Origin: Candidatus Poribacteria bacterium
GTDB taxonomy: Bacteria; Poribacteria; WGA-4E; PCPOR2b
DNA length: 64,000 nucleotides
Direction: 5' to 3'
Assembly (NCBI GenBank): GCA_022826645.1
Contig: JAJDUM010000117.1
Span: forward strand, 585-64,584
This document shows, piece after piece, positions 47,775-57,668 of this stretch (positions are counted from its first letter, which is position 1; the number at the start of each line of letters is the position of its first letter). The notes beneath the pieces are model-generated. The model saw only the letters and a list, made by a program, of their open reading frames with translations, did not search any database and had not been told where the DNA came from. The translations under genes and the position numbers were made by a program.

Positions 47775-49415
47775 TTAACCCTGTGGCACGGGAGGGTCTT
47801 GTTCTGGGGCAGCCCTCGATTCGAGTGTCTCAATAACACCGGCACCGATACTATCGCCCCAGACGTTGATGGTTGTCCGGCATCGGTCAAGGAACCAATC
47901 GATAGTCAGGATTAACCCGATACCCTCAATCGGCAGCCCAACAGCTTTTAAGACAATCACCATTGTCACCAGACCCGCTTCCGGGATACCTGCGGCACCG
48001 ATGGCAGCAATCGTCGCCGTCAGAAAGATCACGACCTGCTCCACAGGACCTAAGGTGATTCCATAGACCTGCGCGATGAACATTGCAGCGACAGCTTCGT
48101 AGAGGGCAGTGCCGTCCATGTTAATTGTCGCACCAAGTGGTAAGACGAAACTTGAAGTCCGATTGGATATGCCGTTTTTCTTCTCGGTGCCTTCCATCGT
48201 CAACGGCAGCGTCGCTGAACTTGATGCTGTGGAGAAAGCGTTTAACAGGGCTGCCCCCATCCCTTTTGCATAGGCCAACGGATTGCGCCTGCCGACTAGA
48301 AAAAGGATTATCGGCAACACAACCAAGGCGTGTATAGCAAGTCCAAATATGACAGTGAAACTATATTTCCCAACGGCAAGCAGCTCCGGCAGAAATTTGG
48401 TGAATCCACCGGCGCGCCCAATGCGCCCTGCAACTAATCCAAAGATGCCAATGGGTGCGAAAATCATAATCCAGTGCACAATACGCATAACGCCATCGTT
48501 CAGCACTGAAATAAAATTAATGGCATTCTGTCCCCGTTCACCCAAGATGGAAAATGCACAGCCAATCAGCAGTGAGAAAAAGATCAGCGGGAGGATATCC
48601 GTCCGCACCATCGCGTTGAACAGGTTTCGCGGAATCAAGCCCTCTTTCCCGGTCTCCTCGTTTCCAATCAAGACTTCCGACAAGATATTGCCGATGTTTC
48701 TCTCTTCTTTTCCACGCACCGCTCCGGCGATAGGCAGATCAATCTTTACGCCTTTTCCTTCGGGTTGAAGTTCCGGTTCATCGGAAACAAGTTGTCCTCC
48801 AACACGCCGGAAGGGCAGGCGTGTGCCATCCTCCGCTTCGATATAGACTTCCTCGCCGCCTTGGGTAGGTTCCCACAATTTTACTGTGGCAGAGTTTCCA
48901 GTCATTGACTGAATTGCACCCTGCACCCCTTGATCAGGTAGAATCAGCGCATACCTGTCATCATAACCTGTTTGTTCCCAAGTACCGTCCGTTAAAGTGA
49001 CAGTGCGATTGTTTTCACCACCAACTGTATACGTATACTCTGGATGATCTGCGCCGCGAGAAATCCCTTTTCCCGGTTGTACAATATTGACCAAGATGAT
49101 GCCGATGAGCACCGAAATCCCAGTGGTCGCCATGTAATAGAGGACGGTGCGTCCGCCTATTGGACCGAGGTTGCGGATATCGCCTAAGCCGGTAATGCCA
49201 ACAACCATCGAAAACATGACCAGCGGGACGACAATCATTTTCAGGGCATTTAGGAATATGTCACCAAGAAGAGTAGTTTTTGCAGCGAAATTTGGTATCC
49301 AACCGCCAACGACAAGCCCAAGGATGATAGCAATGACGATGCCGATGAGAATACGCTGCCCACCACTTCCTCCCGTTGAGGCTTCGTCAGATACGGAGGG
49401 ATCTGTTTGGAGCAT
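47775..49415 (-). CDS. Dicarboxylate/amino acid:cation symporter (DAACS, GltP/EAAT family) with a large loop insertion
   Basis: FSTASSSATLP, GATINMDGTALYE, IGAAGIP, DRCRTTINVWGD. Confidence 0.93.
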   Translation of the reverse strand: MLQTDPSVSDEASTGGSGGQRILIGIVIAIILGLVVGGWIPNFAAKTTLLGDIFLNALKMIVVPLVMFSMVVGITGLGDIRNLGPIGGRTVLYYMATTGISVLIGIILVNIVQPGKGISRGADHPEYTYTVGGENNRTVTLTDGTWEQTGYDDRYALILPDQGVQGAIQSMTGNSATVKLWEPTQGGEEVYIEAEDGTRLPFRRVGGQLVSDEPELQPEGKGVKIDLPIAGAVRGKEERNIGNILSEVLIGNEETGKEGLIPRNLFNAMVRTDILPLIFFSLLIGCAFSILGERGQNAINFISVLNDGVMRIVHWIMIFAPIGIFGLVAGRIGRAGGFTKFLPELLAVGKYSFTVIFGLAIHALVVLPIILFLVGRRNPLAYAKGMGAALLNAFSTASSSATLPLTMEGTEKKNGISNRTSSFVLPLGATINMDGTALYEAVAAMFIAQVYGITLGPVEQVVIFLTATIAAIGAAGIPEAGLVTMVIVLKAVGLPIEGIGLILTIDWFLDRCRTTINVWGDSIGAGVIETLESRAAPEQDPPVPQG

Positions 49416-49492
49416 TTGTTAGCCCCCTTTCAGCGGCGCGATACGAAGGATTGGATAAAAGTCCTTATCTACATTCAAGAAAGACTTCAGAA

Positions 49493-52400
49493 TCACTCGC
49501 CCAACGAGTTGAGGTAATCTCTCACCAGCCGGATCTGTTCTTCGGCATCGTCGACCCCAAAGCCGTCAACAGGTTGATGTACGCCACCAATCTTGGGCCA
49601 TGCTTGCGGCATTGCAGTTCCCGGTTGGAAGGATTGTGGATCTTTGAGCCAGTCAATGACCCAGTCAGCTTTGAGACGACTCTTTGCCAGTGCAAGGTCG
49701 GGGCGGCCTGTTTTATCGCTGCCCGGTGGGATAACTTCACCTTGTTCCGGATGACAGGAGATACACTGGAGCACGTCAAAAATCCGCTTTCCGACACGGA
49801 GTTCCCTTTGAGACGATGGCTGTAATGCAATGGTCTCATAGGGGAACACCTCATCGTCAAGTGCGGAGAAGTATTTTACAAGTGCAGTCGCTTCCTCGTC
49901 TGAGAAGCCGAAAGTCGGCATCCGGACTTCAAGCCCGTAGCGGATAGGGGTTGGTGTTTTGAGGAACTCGAACAACCAATCTGGATAAACCTTGGCACCT
50001 TGCGCTTGCAAAGTAGGTGGGGCAAAGCGCTTGGCATTCAGCATGTCCAAGTCTTGGTTAGCAGCGACCACATTTACGAAATCGCCGCCTTTCCCTTCAA
50101 TGTCATGGCATCCGGTACAGTTGTATTTTTTCGCTAACCGGCGCCCAGCATCGATTTGCCGCGTCTTCTCGCTCGGTTGATGGATGTAGCTCACCGGGTA
50201 TTTTGTAGGTTGGAAACTCTTGAGTAGAACAGCAAGGGCGCGCGCCTCCTCGTCACCGATGGTGTGTTCGCTAAAGACAGGCATTCGGGAGACGATGCGG
50301 CGTGTTTGGTAGCGCCTGGGGTTGGTTACTTTGCCGACCGTCCAACCGTGCCAGCTGTGTTCAACATCTGCCGTATCTCCGAAGTCCAATTCATCAACGG
50401 TTTTGGCCCCAAATTCACCGAGATCCGCACCGACCTTTGATTCATTCTCAAAGCCGGGGATACTATGACACCCAAAGCAACCGTACGTGCGAACCAGCTT
50501 TTCGCCTTCCATTGGATCCACCGCTGCGTGCGGGTTTTCGTTGCCGGCAATAGGAGATGGTGTTGTCTCTTGCAGCGACATTAGATAGGCTACTGCATTG
50601 CTCACCTCAGTCTTAGTAAGACGTAGACTGGGCATAACGGTGTCGGGGTCGTAAGCTCTTGGATCGCTGATCCATTGGCGTAGGAATTGTGGTGTGAGTT
50701 TGCTGCCGACACCATCCAATGTTGGGGCGAAATCACTTCCGAGCCCGTCAACAGTATGACATGACAGACAGCCAACTGATTTTACAACCTGCTCACCTGC
50801 GGCAATTGTACGGGGCGCTGTTGAGTATGAGGCATCGCCTTGATCTATTGCCGGGTCTTTCATCTGCGCCAAGTATGCGGCAATTGATTTCACTTCATCA
50901 ACAACGCGGTCAACGGCAGTGTCAGGATAAGGATACTTCGTGCCGTCGTCCTTTTGGAGGATAATGCCGGTGTCGGTTTTGGTGACGATGCCGTAGTGCT
51001 TATTTCCATTTTTGAGGTACACCGCTTGGGTCAACTTTTCGACGGGGAAGAAATCTGGCATCTTGGTCTCTGGCAGATAGGCGGTCGGCTGTTTAATCCA
51101 CCCTTCCAACCAATCAACGCTGTTAACTTTACTGCCGATTTTGGCGAGCGACGGGCCAACTTTGTCGAGGTCTGCTAACACCGAATATCCCTCAACAGCA
51201 TGACAGCCGTGACACCCGACATCTTCAAATAGCGCCATCCCCTTCGAGAGGACAGGCGAATAATCTTGGAGCTGCCCGGTCTCCGGATTGACGGCATCCA
51301 ACATCATCACGCCATCGTGGCAGCGACGACAGTTGGACTCCATATAGCCGTGTAATTCTTCTGAGACTTTACCGGTGTGTTCATCCAACCCCAAGACAGG
51401 CGTCAGCCAAAATTCTTTCTTGTGGTCTAGAGCGTGTGCGGCTATTTCAGTTAGCCCTTGTCCCTGCCCACCGTGGCAGGGGGTGCATCCAAATCTTTCA
51501 CCGGGGTGTTTACCGAGCAGCACATCCCGGTGAGGATGCGTCCGAAGCACGGGATCGTATCCAGTCTCATAAGCGATTTCGACGAGGTCGGCATAAACAT
51601 CCGGATCGGTAAAGGTCAACTTGCCATCTTCGCTTAACTCATAACTACCCTCTTCGGCATCTTCCTCATCAATAAACACCGTCTCACTCCCCGTTTTAAT
51701 GTAGGGATGTTTTAGTTGGAGCGTAAGGTTGTTTTCGCCGTCCCCTTCAATCTCCTCAAACTGCTCTTTAGCATATCCGTCGTATCCCGCTTTATCCGAA
51801 GCGAAGTGACAGGTGGCGCATCGGTCTGCCGTATAATCAAAATCTTCAATGTAGTACTGCACAACTGTACGTGTCTTTGTGAAGGGGCTTTCCGCCAATG
51901 TGCCGATGAAAGTGCGCTTAATGCCGCCAACGGAATGGAGTTTCGCCTCAAGTCTATCGACCTCCGCGTATTTCGCTTTATCTGCTTTCGCAGCCTCGAT
52001 TTTCGCCTGAAGTTCACCAATCTTTGCAGCAGATTTGGTATCTGCTGCATTGTATTTTCGGACTAGGAGATATTCGGCTAAAGCTGCCTCAACGTGTCCG
52101 TTGGCGTCATAAACCTCGGCGAGGTCTTTATAGGCATCGGCGAGGTTCCGTTGTGCTGCGAGCACTGCATCGGTCAGTCCTCCCTCAATCCGGCTTTCAA
52201 ACTCATCTAATTTCTTTTTCCATTTTTCGGCTCCCTCTTTGTCGCCGTGGTGTAGCGCATACTGATACTTATAGTTGACTGCATCCGACTCACTCTGGTC
52301 AAATTTACGTTCCTGCAAGGCTTCTTCCAGTTTTATCTGTAACCCTGCAATTGTACCTCTTAGCGTTTTCTCCTGTTTAGGGTCAATCTCTTGAGGCGCT

Positions 52401-52618
52401 TCAATCTCAGGCAGATCCTGTTTTGCATTTTCCAACTCAATTTTGGTTTTCTGATATTCGTATTCGTAGAATTGCCGCTGAATCTCCTTCCATGGTCGTC
52501 TGGTAATGGTTTCGTTATAGAAGCCCCACAGAGTTACAAATCCCAACAAACCGGAAAGGATAAAAAATAGCGCTGCGTAAGATTTTTCCTCAACCCGAAC
52601 TTCTTTATTGCTCCTCAC
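49493..52618 (-). CDS. Membrane-anchored octaheme cytochrome c of the Rieske/cytochrome b complex
   Basis: Eight CxxCH motifs (CATCH, CTPCH, CRRCH, CHGCH, CLSCH, CFGCH, CTGCH, CISCH), N-terminal TM and coiled coil. Confidence 0.88.
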   Translation of the reverse strand: MRSNKEVRVEEKSYAALFFILSGLLGFVTLWGFYNETITRRPWKEIQRQFYEYEYQKTKIELENAKQDLPEIEAPQEIDPKQEKTLRGTIAGLQIKLEEALQERKFDQSESDAVNYKYQYALHHGDKEGAEKWKKKLDEFESRIEGGLTDAVLAAQRNLADAYKDLAEVYDANGHVEAALAEYLLVRKYNAADTKSAAKIGELQAKIEAAKADKAKYAEVDRLEAKLHSVGGIKRTFIGTLAESPFTKTRTVVQYYIEDFDYTADRCATCHFASDKAGYDGYAKEQFEEIEGDGENNLTLQLKHPYIKTGSETVFIDEEDAEEGSYELSEDGKLTFTDPDVYADLVEIAYETGYDPVLRTHPHRDVLLGKHPGERFGCTPCHGGQGQGLTEIAAHALDHKKEFWLTPVLGLDEHTGKVSEELHGYMESNCRRCHDGVMMLDAVNPETGQLQDYSPVLSKGMALFEDVGCHGCHAVEGYSVLADLDKVGPSLAKIGSKVNSVDWLEGWIKQPTAYLPETKMPDFFPVEKLTQAVYLKNGNKHYGIVTKTDTGIILQKDDGTKYPYPDTAVDRVVDEVKSIAAYLAQMKDPAIDQGDASYSTAPRTIAAGEQVVKSVGCLSCHTVDGLGSDFAPTLDGVGSKLTPQFLRQWISDPRAYDPDTVMPSLRLTKTEVSNAVAYLMSLQETTPSPIAGNENPHAAVDPMEGEKLVRTYGCFGCHSIPGFENESKVGADLGEFGAKTVDELDFGDTADVEHSWHGWTVGKVTNPRRYQTRRIVSRMPVFSEHTIGDEEARALAVLLKSFQPTKYPVSYIHQPSEKTRQIDAGRRLAKKYNCTGCHDIEGKGGDFVNVVAANQDLDMLNAKRFAPPTLQAQGAKVYPDWLFEFLKTPTPIRYGLEVRMPTFGFSDEEATALVKYFSALDDEVFPYETIALQPSSQRELRVGKRIFDVLQCISCHPEQGEVIPPGSDKTGRPDLALAKSRLKADWVIDWLKDPQSFQPGTAMPQAWPKIGGVHQPVDGFGVDDAEEQIRLVRDYLNSLGE

Positions 52619-52675
52619 GATTCCTATTGACTCCTTACTGTTTGAATGGACGAATTACATATTATCCAATACGCC

Positions 52676-53542
52676 TTAGATATTAAACCACGGAGAAACC
52701 CAAATGTACTTGATATTCAATGTCCACCGAAGAATCATCTTGATTGGCAAAGACATCATCGTTAAGAACAGGAATGAAACCACGATGTATCGCACCAATC
52801 CCAACTCTTGAAGAAATTTGCTGGTTCCTCTTTTCAGAAAATAATAGATGGGACCTAAAGCAAAATATCCGACGACAACACACATACCGAAGATACCGGC
52901 GGGCTGTTCATTGCGGATGCCAAATAGGTAAGAGAGGTTGACGTTGGTTAACGGTACGATTTTGTGCGGATCCCACTCTTTCCATGGGGCGAAAAAGTTC
53001 CAACCGGGTCCTCTCAGGAAGGTACCGACGACCATTAACACAATCCATAACACGAAAAAGCCGAAACAGAAGGTTATAAGTGCGAACGGACGCTCTTTTA
53101 GGGTATAGTAACCTTTCCCTTTGGGATTGATATCTATATAGGGAATGGCAATTAAACCGGCGATAATCAACCCTGGCAAAACAACGCCTGCAATCCACGG
53201 ATCAAAGTAAACCAACATCTCTTGTAATGCGAGGAAATACCATGGAGCTTTAGATGGATTCGGGGTTATTGTCGGGTCGCTCGGCTCTTCGAGTGGGGCA
53301 TCAATGGTAATAGACCATATCCCCAGAACGAGCATTGTAATGATTGCACAGAGAAATTCGTTGCGGCAAAGGTAGGGCCAGCAGTAGACTTTATCGTTAA
53401 GTGCTGCTTCTGCGGGTGTGCCGGCTAGGTCATTTCTGCGTCCTTGGCTGAATGCGAGCCAAGTGAAGAAAGGTAACAACAACACAATCGCAACAATCGG
53501 AACGTTATCCGGCTTCGTAACCAATAAAAGAAAATACTCCAT
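52676..53542 (-). CDS. Cytochrome b subunit IV-like (PetD/QcrC-like), extended
   Basis: TPNPSKAPWYF (PEWY equivalent), PYID; extra C-terminal TMs. Confidence 0.85.
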   Translation of the reverse strand: MEYFLLLVTKPDNVPIVAIVLLLPFFTWLAFSQGRRNDLAGTPAEAALNDKVYCWPYLCRNEFLCAIITMLVLGIWSITIDAPLEEPSDPTITPNPSKAPWYFLALQEMLVYFDPWIAGVVLPGLIIAGLIAIPYIDINPKGKGYYTLKERPFALITFCFGFFVLWIVLMVVGTFLRGPGWNFFAPWKEWDPHKIVPLTNVNLSYLFGIRNEQPAGIFGMCVVVGYFALGPIYYFLKRGTSKFLQELGLVRYIVVSFLFLTMMSLPIKMILRWTLNIKYIWVSPWFNI

Positions 53543-53583
53543 ATATCACCTCACTGAAAATAGGTATTGAAATGAATTCAGTT

Positions 53584-54357
53584 CTACAGGGGTCCAGAAA
53601 TACCGCCATCCTTGCGGACACGCCAGAAGTGTAGAGCCATCAACACGCTTGCCAAAAGCGGCACAGCAACACAGTGCAGGATGTAAAATCGCAAGAGCGT
53701 TGAGGGCCCGACAATTGTCCCACCAAGGAGGGCAAATCGCACATCATTCGCTTGCGTGACAATATCCTGCGGGGCGAAGGGCCCTTCATGCCCTAAGACG
53801 GGTGTCGCTCGCGCCATGTTTGTTCCAACAGTGACCGCCCAGAATGCGAGCTGATCCCACGGTAGCAGGTAGCCGGTAAAACTGAGAAAGAAGGTGACAA
53901 GCAGTAGGATGACGCCGACACCCCAGTTAAATTCACGAGGTTTTTTATAGGATCCTGTCAGGAAAACACGGAACATGTGGAGCATAACTGCGATGACCAT
54001 GCCGTGGGCTGCCCAACGGTGCATATTGCGCAGGAGCATTCCGAACGGGATGTCAAACTCAAGATATTGTATATCGCGGAATGCGTATTCTGCGGTGGGA
54101 CGATAATAGAACATTAACAACACACCGGTAACGGCGGTGACAAGAAACATCAGAAAGGTGATCCCGCCCATGCACCATGTAAATCGGAAGTTAATCGCGT
54201 GGCGGGTGACGCGGGGAGGATGCAGATGGAGCCAGACATTTTGGAGAACTTGAAGGGTGTATCGTCTTCCTGTTTTCTCGTAGCCGTGGCGAAACATCGA
54301 CTGCCAGATTTGGTTGTTTGTGATTTTCTCTTTTAATCCATTACGTCTTTCATTCAT
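53584..54357 (-). CDS. petB: Cytochrome b6-like subunit (split cytochrome b)
   Basis: WCMGG (heme ci Cys), MHRWAAH...LHMFR, TGYLLPWDQ, helix D His pair separated by 14 residues. Confidence 0.92.
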   Translation of the reverse strand: MNERRNGLKEKITNNQIWQSMFRHGYEKTGRRYTLQVLQNVWLHLHPPRVTRHAINFRFTWCMGGITFLMFLVTAVTGVLLMFYYRPTAEYAFRDIQYLEFDIPFGMLLRNMHRWAAHGMVIAVMLHMFRVFLTGSYKKPREFNWGVGVILLLVTFFLSFTGYLLPWDQLAFWAVTVGTNMARATPVLGHEGPFAPQDIVTQANDVRFALLGGTIVGPSTLLRFYILHCVAVPLLASVLMALHFWRVRKDGGISGPL

Positions 54358-54520
54358 AGCAACGACTCAGCCTACCTCGCTTCAGCATAACCAAGGCTGT
54401 ATAGCTCCTTTCTTGCTCAATTCAAGTTTACCATCAAGACTGTACCAAGGAAGTATAATTTAATTGGATAGGGCATAACAACGGTCAGGAGAGAATGTAA
54501 TTGATGAGTTTGCCACTTCA

Positions 54521-55018
54521 CTAAATCCTTAAAGTAGATCCTGGCTTCCCCCAATCGCCCCGCTCCTCTAGAAATTTCACGGATTTATCAATCAGGAGTT
54601 GTCCATCCTCCGCCAGTGTAATTTGCACACGCTCAAGGGGTCTCGGTGCGGGCCCTTCAAAGTGCATCCCTTCGCGGTCAAATCCGCTACCGTGACAAGG
54701 ACATTTAAATTTATTTTCAGATGCAAACCATCGAGGGGTGCAGCCGAGATGCGTGCAGATTGCGACCAACGCATAAAACTCACCATCCTCTTTCCGAACA
54801 ATCCAGACACCATATGGATTTTTTTTGAACTTCTCGCTAACCGTTCCGGGCGGATATTCACCGGGAAATCCGGCCTTAAAGACCGAGGATGGTTCAAAAA
54901 GGACTCGCGGATATAAGAATCGAATCAATCCAGGACCAAAGGCAAGCCCAGCGGCGGCGAGGAAATTCCCCCAGCCCAAAAACTTAAAAAATGAACGTCG
55001 AGATAACACCAAGTTCAC
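54521..55018 (-). CDS. petC: Rieske [2Fe-2S] subunit
   Basis: Tat motif SRRSFF, CTHLGC, CPCHGS, GPAPRPL. Confidence 0.93.
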   Translation of the reverse strand: MNLVLSRRSFFKFLGWGNFLAAAGLAFGPGLIRFLYPRVLFEPSSVFKAGFPGEYPPGTVSEKFKKNPYGVWIVRKEDGEFYALVAICTHLGCTPRWFASENKFKCPCHGSGFDREGMHFEGPAPRPLERVQITLAEDGQLLIDKSVKFLEERGDWGKPGSTLRI

Positions 55019-55112
55019 CTCAGATTGAAAGTTTGTGGAATTTAGTCAAACGGTGTGTAAACAGCAAAGGACACGATCCGAGTATTTAAACTGCATTATC
55101 GAACCGGCAGTC

Positions 55113-55175
55113 ATTATAGCACGACATAAAAGAGAGATCAAGGCATAAAATAGAGGGGTTCACGGATATCCGTGA
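55113..55175 (-). promoter_or_regulatory. sigma70 promoter with upstream palindromic operator (bc complex operon)
   Basis: TTGATC(55141-36)-17 bp-TATAAT(55118-13) with TGn; TCACGGATATCCGTGA at 55160-55175. Confidence 0.75.
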
Positions 55176-55349
55176 CTTCTATTTAGGGTGTAGATCGGAA
55201 AGAACACGACCGTGAAAATTGGCTGATAGCTCTGACCTCGGAGCGAAAAAAGCACCCAGAATTCACCAATGATATTTTTCGATATTCATATGTGGATATG
55301 GTGCGATGTGAATCAACGCACGCCGTGCATATGTGCAGATTTCTATGGC

Positions 55350-55994
55350 TCAAGCATTCACCTTGACGTGTGTCCCCTCCATCTGCTCTACAACGTGCTG
55401 AATCATATCCTCAACTGTCTTGAAGGGATGGTCCGGATATTGTTCCAAACTAAAGTTCATGTCATTCGCCCCAAAGACGAACATATCAATACCCGGTTTG
55501 CCGAGGTGCCGTGCATTGGTTACAGCATCAATCGACTCCAGCTGTATGGCGAGGATGCCGTTATTGTTCCACCATTCGGCATATTCGAGCCGGTCCATAT
55601 CTGGCTTGAATCCGTATCCTGAACTGGGTCCCCAACTTCTTTTTCCGACTGGTGGGTAGTAGAACGCGTCTATCGCCTCATCGACCGTTTCCTCGTCCTC
55701 AACCTGTGGCACCACAATAGCGAATGGTCCGAGGTCAAGGTAATTACCAATCAGGTATGCCTGACGCGTATTTTTGATACGAAATTGGGTAGGCACGCCC
55801 AATTCGGTTGCCATCGCGCAAAATGAGACCAATCGATCTTCATTGAACGCTGCGTGCTGGCTGTCAATAGAGACCAGATCGTAGGAATCTTGACTAAGAA
55901 GGGCTTCGAGGTCGCTCTTGGATGCATCTATGGAAGATCCTGCGATTTTGAGGCTCCCGCCCTGATGTAGACGTTGCTTCAATGATTCTGCCAT
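55350..55994 (-). CDS. HpcH/HpaI aldolase/citrate lyase family protein
   Basis: IDSQH, YPPVGKRSWG, IQLES, FGANDM. Confidence 0.85.
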   Translation of the reverse strand: MAESLKQRLHQGGSLKIAGSSIDASKSDLEALLSQDSYDLVSIDSQHAAFNEDRLVSFCAMATELGVPTQFRIKNTRQAYLIGNYLDLGPFAIVVPQVEDEETVDEAIDAFYYPPVGKRSWGPSSGYGFKPDMDRLEYAEWWNNNGILAIQLESIDAVTNARHLGKPGIDMFVFGANDMNFSLEQYPDHPFKTVEDMIQHVVEQMEGTHVKVNA

Positions 55995-56212
55995 GCCTTG
56001 TTACCTCCTTGATGTTGTTTGATAAATTATCTTCGTTCTTTATAGAAGTTTCTTGTCGCGATTTGAAAATCGCTCCTACCGTACGTTTTGTCTAGGATGG
56101 AATTCCAATTCCTGGCTATTGCGTCGGTTGTTGGTATCCCAATAAATTGGGATTTCACTTATATCCAACTTGCGGTTTATCAATTAGCAACTTGGGTTAT
56201 TATACCAACTCC

Positions 56213-57628
56213 TCATTGGGAGGTCTGTTTCCCGGTTGGTGGGGATGATTCTTCGCTTTCTCCCTTTATCCGCACCGTAGTCATCACATCCCCCTTGCTA
56301 AGTTGATCGACCACATCCATACCGGCGGTGACCTTTCCAAAGGTAGTATACTGACCGTTGAGGCTAAAATAGCGAGATGGTTTTGCGTTCAAACAGATGT
56401 AAAATTGGCTTCCTGCGGAATCCGGAGCGTTTGCCCGCGCCATAGCAACCACCCCTCTTCGGTGTCGGGGCATCTTCGTGCGGAGCTTTGGATTTTGAAA
56501 TTCACCTGGTATCGTCCACCCGGGACCGCCGCTACCACTACCGTCCGGATCCCCGCCCTGAATCACAAAGCCCTCTACATACCGATGAAAGGTGAGACCA
56601 TCGTAGAACTTCATTTTAATTAGCTTGAGAAAGTTAGCAACGGTTTTTGGGGCAACATCCGGGTAGAGTTCCATCTCGATAGTACCGTTGTCTGTTTCGA
56701 GTACAACGACAGGATGTTCAATACGTAACCGTGCAAGGACTGCGCGGTGATCCGACAGTTCACCGACATCAATAATTTCACACCGCTTAGCCTTCTCAAC
56801 GGTGCGGAACTCATCCCGTAGGCTCGGACTGATAAGGATGTGATCGAGCAGATTTTTCTGATCTTTATAGATATATGTATACCGTTCGGCTGCTTCGACT
56901 GCATTGGCTGTCTGTAGCAAATCACCCCAGATATCATCGAACCCACGGACTCTGTTGACTACCGGTGTCCCCGGCGTGTCGTTCATATCCCCCATGACAA
57001 TGACATGCTTATCCGCCATCATTGCCTTGACAGCGTGCCGGCGGATGATGGTAGCTTGTGCAAGCCGCTTGGGGTCATTGGAGCTGCGACGAGAGATAAG
57101 GTGTGTAATCAGGACATAGAACGGTTGATTGTCAACCTTCAACTCGACACCCAAGATCTTGGAAGGATTTACATCGCGCTCTTGGCCATCCACAAAATAC
57201 ACCTCGCGCTCGTTCGGAAAGTTTGTGACGCTCCCTCGTACGATCGAAAATTTTGTAAGGATGGCAACATCCTGACCGGTATAGGTATCCCTGCCTTCAT
57301 CGAAGGCAATTTCCCATTCACCGGGATCAGCGAGGTAAGATTTGACTTTTTCAAGAACAGCTCGGTTCTCGACCTCAACAAGACCGACGATATCCGCCTC
57401 GTGGGTATCAATGAGGCGAGCGATCGTTTTGGCTTTTGTCTCATATTGCTCGGCGGTTGACACGGGCACCGATTTGCCGACGACCTCTCCATGCGGTTCC
57501 TCAGTATCAAAAAAGAATTCAGTGTTCAGTAAGAAGATATCAATTTCAACATCCGCCCTTGCGAGACCAAGTGAAGATGACACCACGCAGAAAATCACAA
57601 GGATTGTAGAAACGGCACTCCGGTGCAT
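56213..57628 (-). CDS. Secreted endonuclease/exonuclease/phosphatase domain fused to a cyclophilin-type PPIase
   Basis: DIVGLVEVEN, MGDMND, LDHIL, SDH; then FHRYVEGFVIQGGDP and SAGSQFYI; start ATG 57628. Confidence 0.87.
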   Translation of the reverse strand: MHRSAVSTILVIFCVVSSSLGLARADVEIDIFLLNTEFFFDTEEPHGEVVGKSVPVSTAEQYETKAKTIARLIDTHEADIVGLVEVENRAVLEKVKSYLADPGEWEIAFDEGRDTYTGQDVAILTKFSIVRGSVTNFPNEREVYFVDGQERDVNPSKILGVELKVDNQPFYVLITHLISRRSSNDPKRLAQATIIRRHAVKAMMADKHVIVMGDMNDTPGTPVVNRVRGFDDIWGDLLQTANAVEAAERYTYIYKDQKNLLDHILISPSLRDEFRTVEKAKRCEIIDVGELSDHRAVLARLRIEHPVVVLETDNGTIEMELYPDVAPKTVANFLKLIKMKFYDGLTFHRYVEGFVIQGGDPDGSGSGGPGWTIPGEFQNPKLRTKMPRHRRGVVAMARANAPDSAGSQFYICLNAKPSRYFSLNGQYTTFGKVTAGMDVVDQLSKGDVMTTVRIKGESEESSPPTGKQTSQ

Positions 57629-57668
57629 CTCATTTCCTTCCTTCACAATATACATCCCGTTCAGCATT

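Noticed and set aside
54577-54584. Third copy of the operator (TCACGGAT)
   Set aside because: Half-site only and inside the Rieske coding sequence
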